A stretch of DNA of 64,000 bases from Antedon mediterranea. Its lineage: Eukaryota > Animalia > Echinodermata. Numbering within the stretch: position 1 is the stretch's first letter; each line of letters opens with the position of its first letter. The notes below the pieces were generated by a model. It was given only the letters and a program-made list of their open reading frames with translations, made no database searches and was not told the DNA's origin. The position numbers and the translations under genes are program-made. This document shows positions 59,785 through 64,000 of this stretch, in pieces. The stretch spans positions 38,574,304 through 38,638,303 of the forward strand of contig NC_092671.1 in assembly GCF_964355755.1 (NCBI RefSeq). Reading direction: 5' to 3'.

Positions 59785-60555
59785 TTATAGCATTCCATAA
59801 GCCCTATATAATGGGCATATAGTTTAACAATTTATTACACATAAATATATAATATTAATACTACTTCTTACTACTAACATCATAATTTGCACCAGCCATC
59901 CAAACAAATAATATTTTGTTACCAACAAATAAATTCCATCATCTTCAAAAATTAATTGAAGCGGTATTTAAAAAATATAGTTTTCCCCATAATAATAGTT
60001 ACCCAAGCTAGGTAACATAAATATTCAATTTTTCAATAATTTTAATAAATACGATTTAATTTATACAGTATATGATATTAAACATAATACATTTGTGTTT
60101 TTTAAAAAAGGCCTTTCAATCAATAATAAAGCTATTATTCTCCTGGTTCTTTTTTTTCGCCAAAAAACTATATATAGGAATGGGAGGCCATATCTTTACT
60201 TTTGAGTGAAACCAGAATTTAAATATAAATAATATATCTGTATGGAGAATGAATCAATCAAAAATTAATGGGGAAACCATAAAGATATTATGGGGAAACT
60301 GACTGCATCGGCGCTTTTTCACGGCGTTCGATTAACCAGGGTACCGAATGATGATGTCAATATTATACTGAAAGGTAAATAGTACACACGATTATTCAAC
60401 GTTGATTGGTTGACCGCAAGTCGTGCCATAAAATATCAAAGGACAAAGGTTGATATTGTATAATATATTAGGCAACAAAATAAATAACAGTACTGGTGGT
60501 TTATGATAAAAGCGACAGTGGATCAGCAGCAAACGGAGGAGGGAAATTGTTAAAG

Positions 60556-60940
60556 ATGTTGGGGTTCGAGCAGGCATGGACGACGATGACGGATAGATAC
60601 ACGACCTGGCAGATTGCAGGACCAGGATCTCTTATCCTCCATGAGGTATCAGAAGCAGTATTGCATATACATGTATTAATTTTATACATATTATCAATAT
60701 TCACGAATATACTGTATACCTCCCTGTGGTGGTGATACGGTGCTCATCGTTTTGGTAGAGGTGTCAATTAAAGTGGTATTTTTTAGGTGATCCCAGAATT
60801 TAATTCATTACTTAGCAACGTCGTGTCATTTTAATAACTACATTTGTTATTCTATTTAATAGATGCTGTATCTGTTAATATGCCTTCCTGGATTCGTATT
60901 CCAATTCATACCATATATGCAGAAGTACAAGATACAAAAG
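60556..60940 (+). CDS. MSMO1: MSMO1 copy 2, exons 1-2 (60556-60645, 60863-60940); remaining exons not seen in the window
   Basis: Near-identical to 51583-51981 including promoter and introns (duplicated block ~60195-61206 versus ~50998-52246). Confidence 0.8.
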
Positions 60941-61206
60941 GTAGTATTTATTTATGTTAGGAATATACTGTGTTATCATGGCGGCGCACGTGCCCATCAG
61001 GGTCCCAAACCACAAGTTATCTGATTGGTTCAATGTTTAACATGTTTATTATGATGTTGGTGACTGCGCTGCAAGGTGGTAATTATAATGTGTCTGGTTT
61101 TTACAAAAGGCGCGATCCTCGTACAAAACCTAGCTCTGTCTACACTTTTGACAATAAAAGTGTGATGTGCCCAATTATGGTAGTGATATGCCCCAATATG
61201 GTACTG

Positions 61207-64000
61207 CCCAGCAAACAATTTTACGTTTTGGTAACGTTATAATTACGTTATTTTTTGGTTATAAAAACGTTTTCTAATAACGTTGTACGAACGCAAAAAT
61301 GTCGACCTTTTTATACGACTTTTTAACGTCCAAAATAACGTTCAAAATAACGTGTTTATAACGTTTTTTGAACGTCCTCAATAATGTTCATAAATAACGT
61401 GTTAAATACGTATTTATAACTTCTACAATAACGTTGCACGAACGAGAAAATGTCGACCTTTTTATACGACTTTTTAACGTCCAAAATAACGTTCAAAATA
61501 ACGTGTTTATAACGTTTTTTGAACGTCCTCAATAATGTTCAGAAATAACGTGTTAAATACGTATTTATAACTTCTACAATAACGTTGCACGAACGAGAAA
61601 ATGTCGACCTTTTTATACGACTTTATAACGTCCAAAATAACATTCAAAATAACGTGTTTATAACGTCTTTTGAACGTCATCAATAATGTTCATAAATAAC
61701 GTATTCAAAACGTATATACAACTTCTGCAATAACGTTGATAAAAAACGTGTCCTAAACGTTTTTTTAACGTTTTATGTAATGTTTGTAAATGACGTGTTT
61801 GCAACATGTTTTTAACGTCCAAAATAACATTCATACATAACGTATGCAACGCGTTTTTATAACGTCCTAAAAATGTTCACAATTAACGTGTTAGGAACGT
61901 GCCTTCTACGTTTGTAAATGACGTATTTGCTACGTGTTTTTAACGTTCTCAATGTTTTTAAATAACGTATGTAAGGCGTAATTATGACTTTCGCACATAC
62001 GAACTAGTAACGTTCATTATAACGTACCAGATACATTTTCAAATCGTAGTTTGATAATGTTACATCGTAAACTTTTTACCACTGACGACGTATTTATAAC
62101 GTCCATATTTGACGTCCTGAAAATGTAATACTGTACTTAGTTATATACAACGATTTGGCTAACGTTACCACATATTATATATAGTGTTCTGCAGATATAC
62201 GCGTTACATAGCTCGTTATTTGTTAAAACATGTAGTTAGTACTGTATAAGACATATAAAAACAAGCAATTTAAAATGAAATATTGTTTTTGATTTATTCT
62301 ATTATCTGATTAAAAAAGACATAATGTATTGCAAATAGCTTAAGAGGTAGGAACTTGATTATTATTAGAGAGCTTTCGCTATTTTTGATCAGGAACGAGA
62401 ACCAGCAGTAATTACCCGTTCTCGATGATACGGAGATCGATAATGAGAAACATTGTTCTTAAACGAGAATGAGCAAATTTGCCTATAAGTCGTCCTCCTC
62501 TCTGCTGTCTGGCACATTCCGTTCCTGAAAAGATAACAAATTGTAAAACTAGGTAAATAAAATTATCTCTTAGCAGCAAGTCTTTAAAAAAAATGTTAAG
62601 TGTTACTTGTTTACAAAATTTTATTATTGTCATTCTAATCGAATTTTCCCCACGTTTAAATTATAAATGATTTTGGCTATTGACTATTTGGTGTTTTTTA
62701 TGTGGTTGCACATTCCCTATTAAATTTACATTACAGTATGTAGTTGTTATGTTTATTTCGTATTGGATAGTGTTGTTGGGTCTAAATACCAAGCCCTATC
62801 AGTATAGTACCAGACGTTAGTTGTAATTGGATAGTGTTGTTGGGTCTAAATACCAAGCCCTATCAGTATTGTACCAGACGTTAGTTGTAATTTACTTTAT
62901 TCCAACATTTGTATCCCGTAACTTTACATTAATTATTCGTTTGAGGGCGATTGTACGAATGTGTTTTATTGCTTTATATACCACTTGGTGAAACTGAACA
63001 ATAATGACTAGTATCTTTTAGTTTGTAAACTATTTAGTCTTTAAACTGATGCGGACTATAGTAAACTTCATCATTACAATATGAGTGATACGTAAAAGCA
63101 TGGAGGAATAAGTTATTTCGCCATGGTAAAAAATAAATAAATGATAAATCAAATTAAATTTATTCTTACCTTGTATCTTGAGCCACCTGGTCAGTTGGGA
63201 GCGTGCTTCAGTGTTTCAGCAATCTCTATCTCACATTGCTTCAATTTTTTGTGGGTGAGCTCGCATACACGATTCTAAAGATGAACAATTTGAATGAGAG
63301 TTATTAGTCACAATGTACACATTTAAAACTTTAAAATTCTGTATTAGCAGTAAACATTAATGCCATTATGACATAAATTGTTGTTAGTAAATAAACGACT
63401 TATAATTTAGAAAGTTCAGTACTTTTACATTATGCGCGCGCCGAACACATAAGTACTAATGTGCATGAGCACATTTGGTTTTAAGCGTCTAGTATTATTT
63501 GTCTTATTTGACCTCCTTTCACACTTCTTTGTTTTTTTTTAAAGTACAAGTATCCCTATATATTTTTTTCAAATTAGTTTGATTACCTTATTGTTTATTA
63601 CTATGATACCTGTTATCATTGTTTCACATAACTTGTGTGTGAAAAAAATTGAATAAAAGAAAAGAAAAATTGAACTTCAAATACAAATTGTTAACGGCTA
63701 CTTAAAAAAGGGGTATATTACCAATCATAGAGTCCTACAGAGAAGCGACCGATGTTTCTGTTATTTCTTCTATCTTGTCATTTGCTACGATAATAAAAAG
63801 AAATATTTCAATAGGCATAGTCTGTGAGAATATACCTGTTAGCCCCCTGGTCTATAACTTGCCAAAAAACAAAGTATAAATATTAGCAACTACTACTGTA
63901 TACTTGACAACATTATTTCGCAAGTACTGTAATAATGAAGGTAACTCAATGTTTAAATTAGAGCAACTATGACTTACTATGTATTGATACCGACTCTTGA
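61207..64000. mobile_element. Left part of a probable EnSpm/CMC-like DNA transposon inserted in MSMO1 copy 2 intron 2 (right end not seen)
   Basis: Homology to copy 1 stops exactly at GGTACTG|CCCAGCAAACA; CCC terminus followed by ~900 bp of dense AACGT subterminal repeats including a 151-bp tandem x3; extent beyond ~62.2 kb is inferred. Confidence 0.62.
62762..62891. repeat. ~64-bp direct tandem duplication
   Basis: ATTGGATAGTGTTGTTGGGTCTAAATACCAAGCCCTATCAGTAT.GTACCAGACGTTAGTTGTA x2. Confidence 0.85.

Overview
AT-rich animal genomic DNA with spliceosomal introns; the gene content looks like a marine invertebrate, possibly an echinoderm, but the species cannot be fixed from sequence alone. 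From left to right: (1) three tandem type-B carboxyl/cholinesterase genes (+), each ending in an AChE-T/WAT-like exon, interleaved with three intronless antisense rhodopsin-class GPCRs (one nested in esterase intron 1) and an esterase exon-1 relic; (2) a Tctex1-domain gene and ABHD2 (-); (3) an intact but catalytically degenerate Harbinger/HARBI1-like transposase gene (+) facing three transposon-derived DNA-binding exons on the - strand (two Myb/SANT, one pogo/CENP-B-type HTH), which appear to splice in phase 2 onto two paralogous coiled-coil terminal exons - the best candidate for an undescribed domesticated system; (4) an hnRNP A/B gene (-) head-to-head with MSMO1 (+), which has a LINE in intron 4, followed by a second MSMO1 copy interrupted by an EnSpm/CMC-like element. 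The window also holds many Harbinger-type MITEs, hAT- and P-like elements, 24-30 bp palindromes with 7-bp target duplications resembling P-element excision footprints, LINE/SINE fragments and minisatellites. Exon boundaries were read by eye and no database searches were run.
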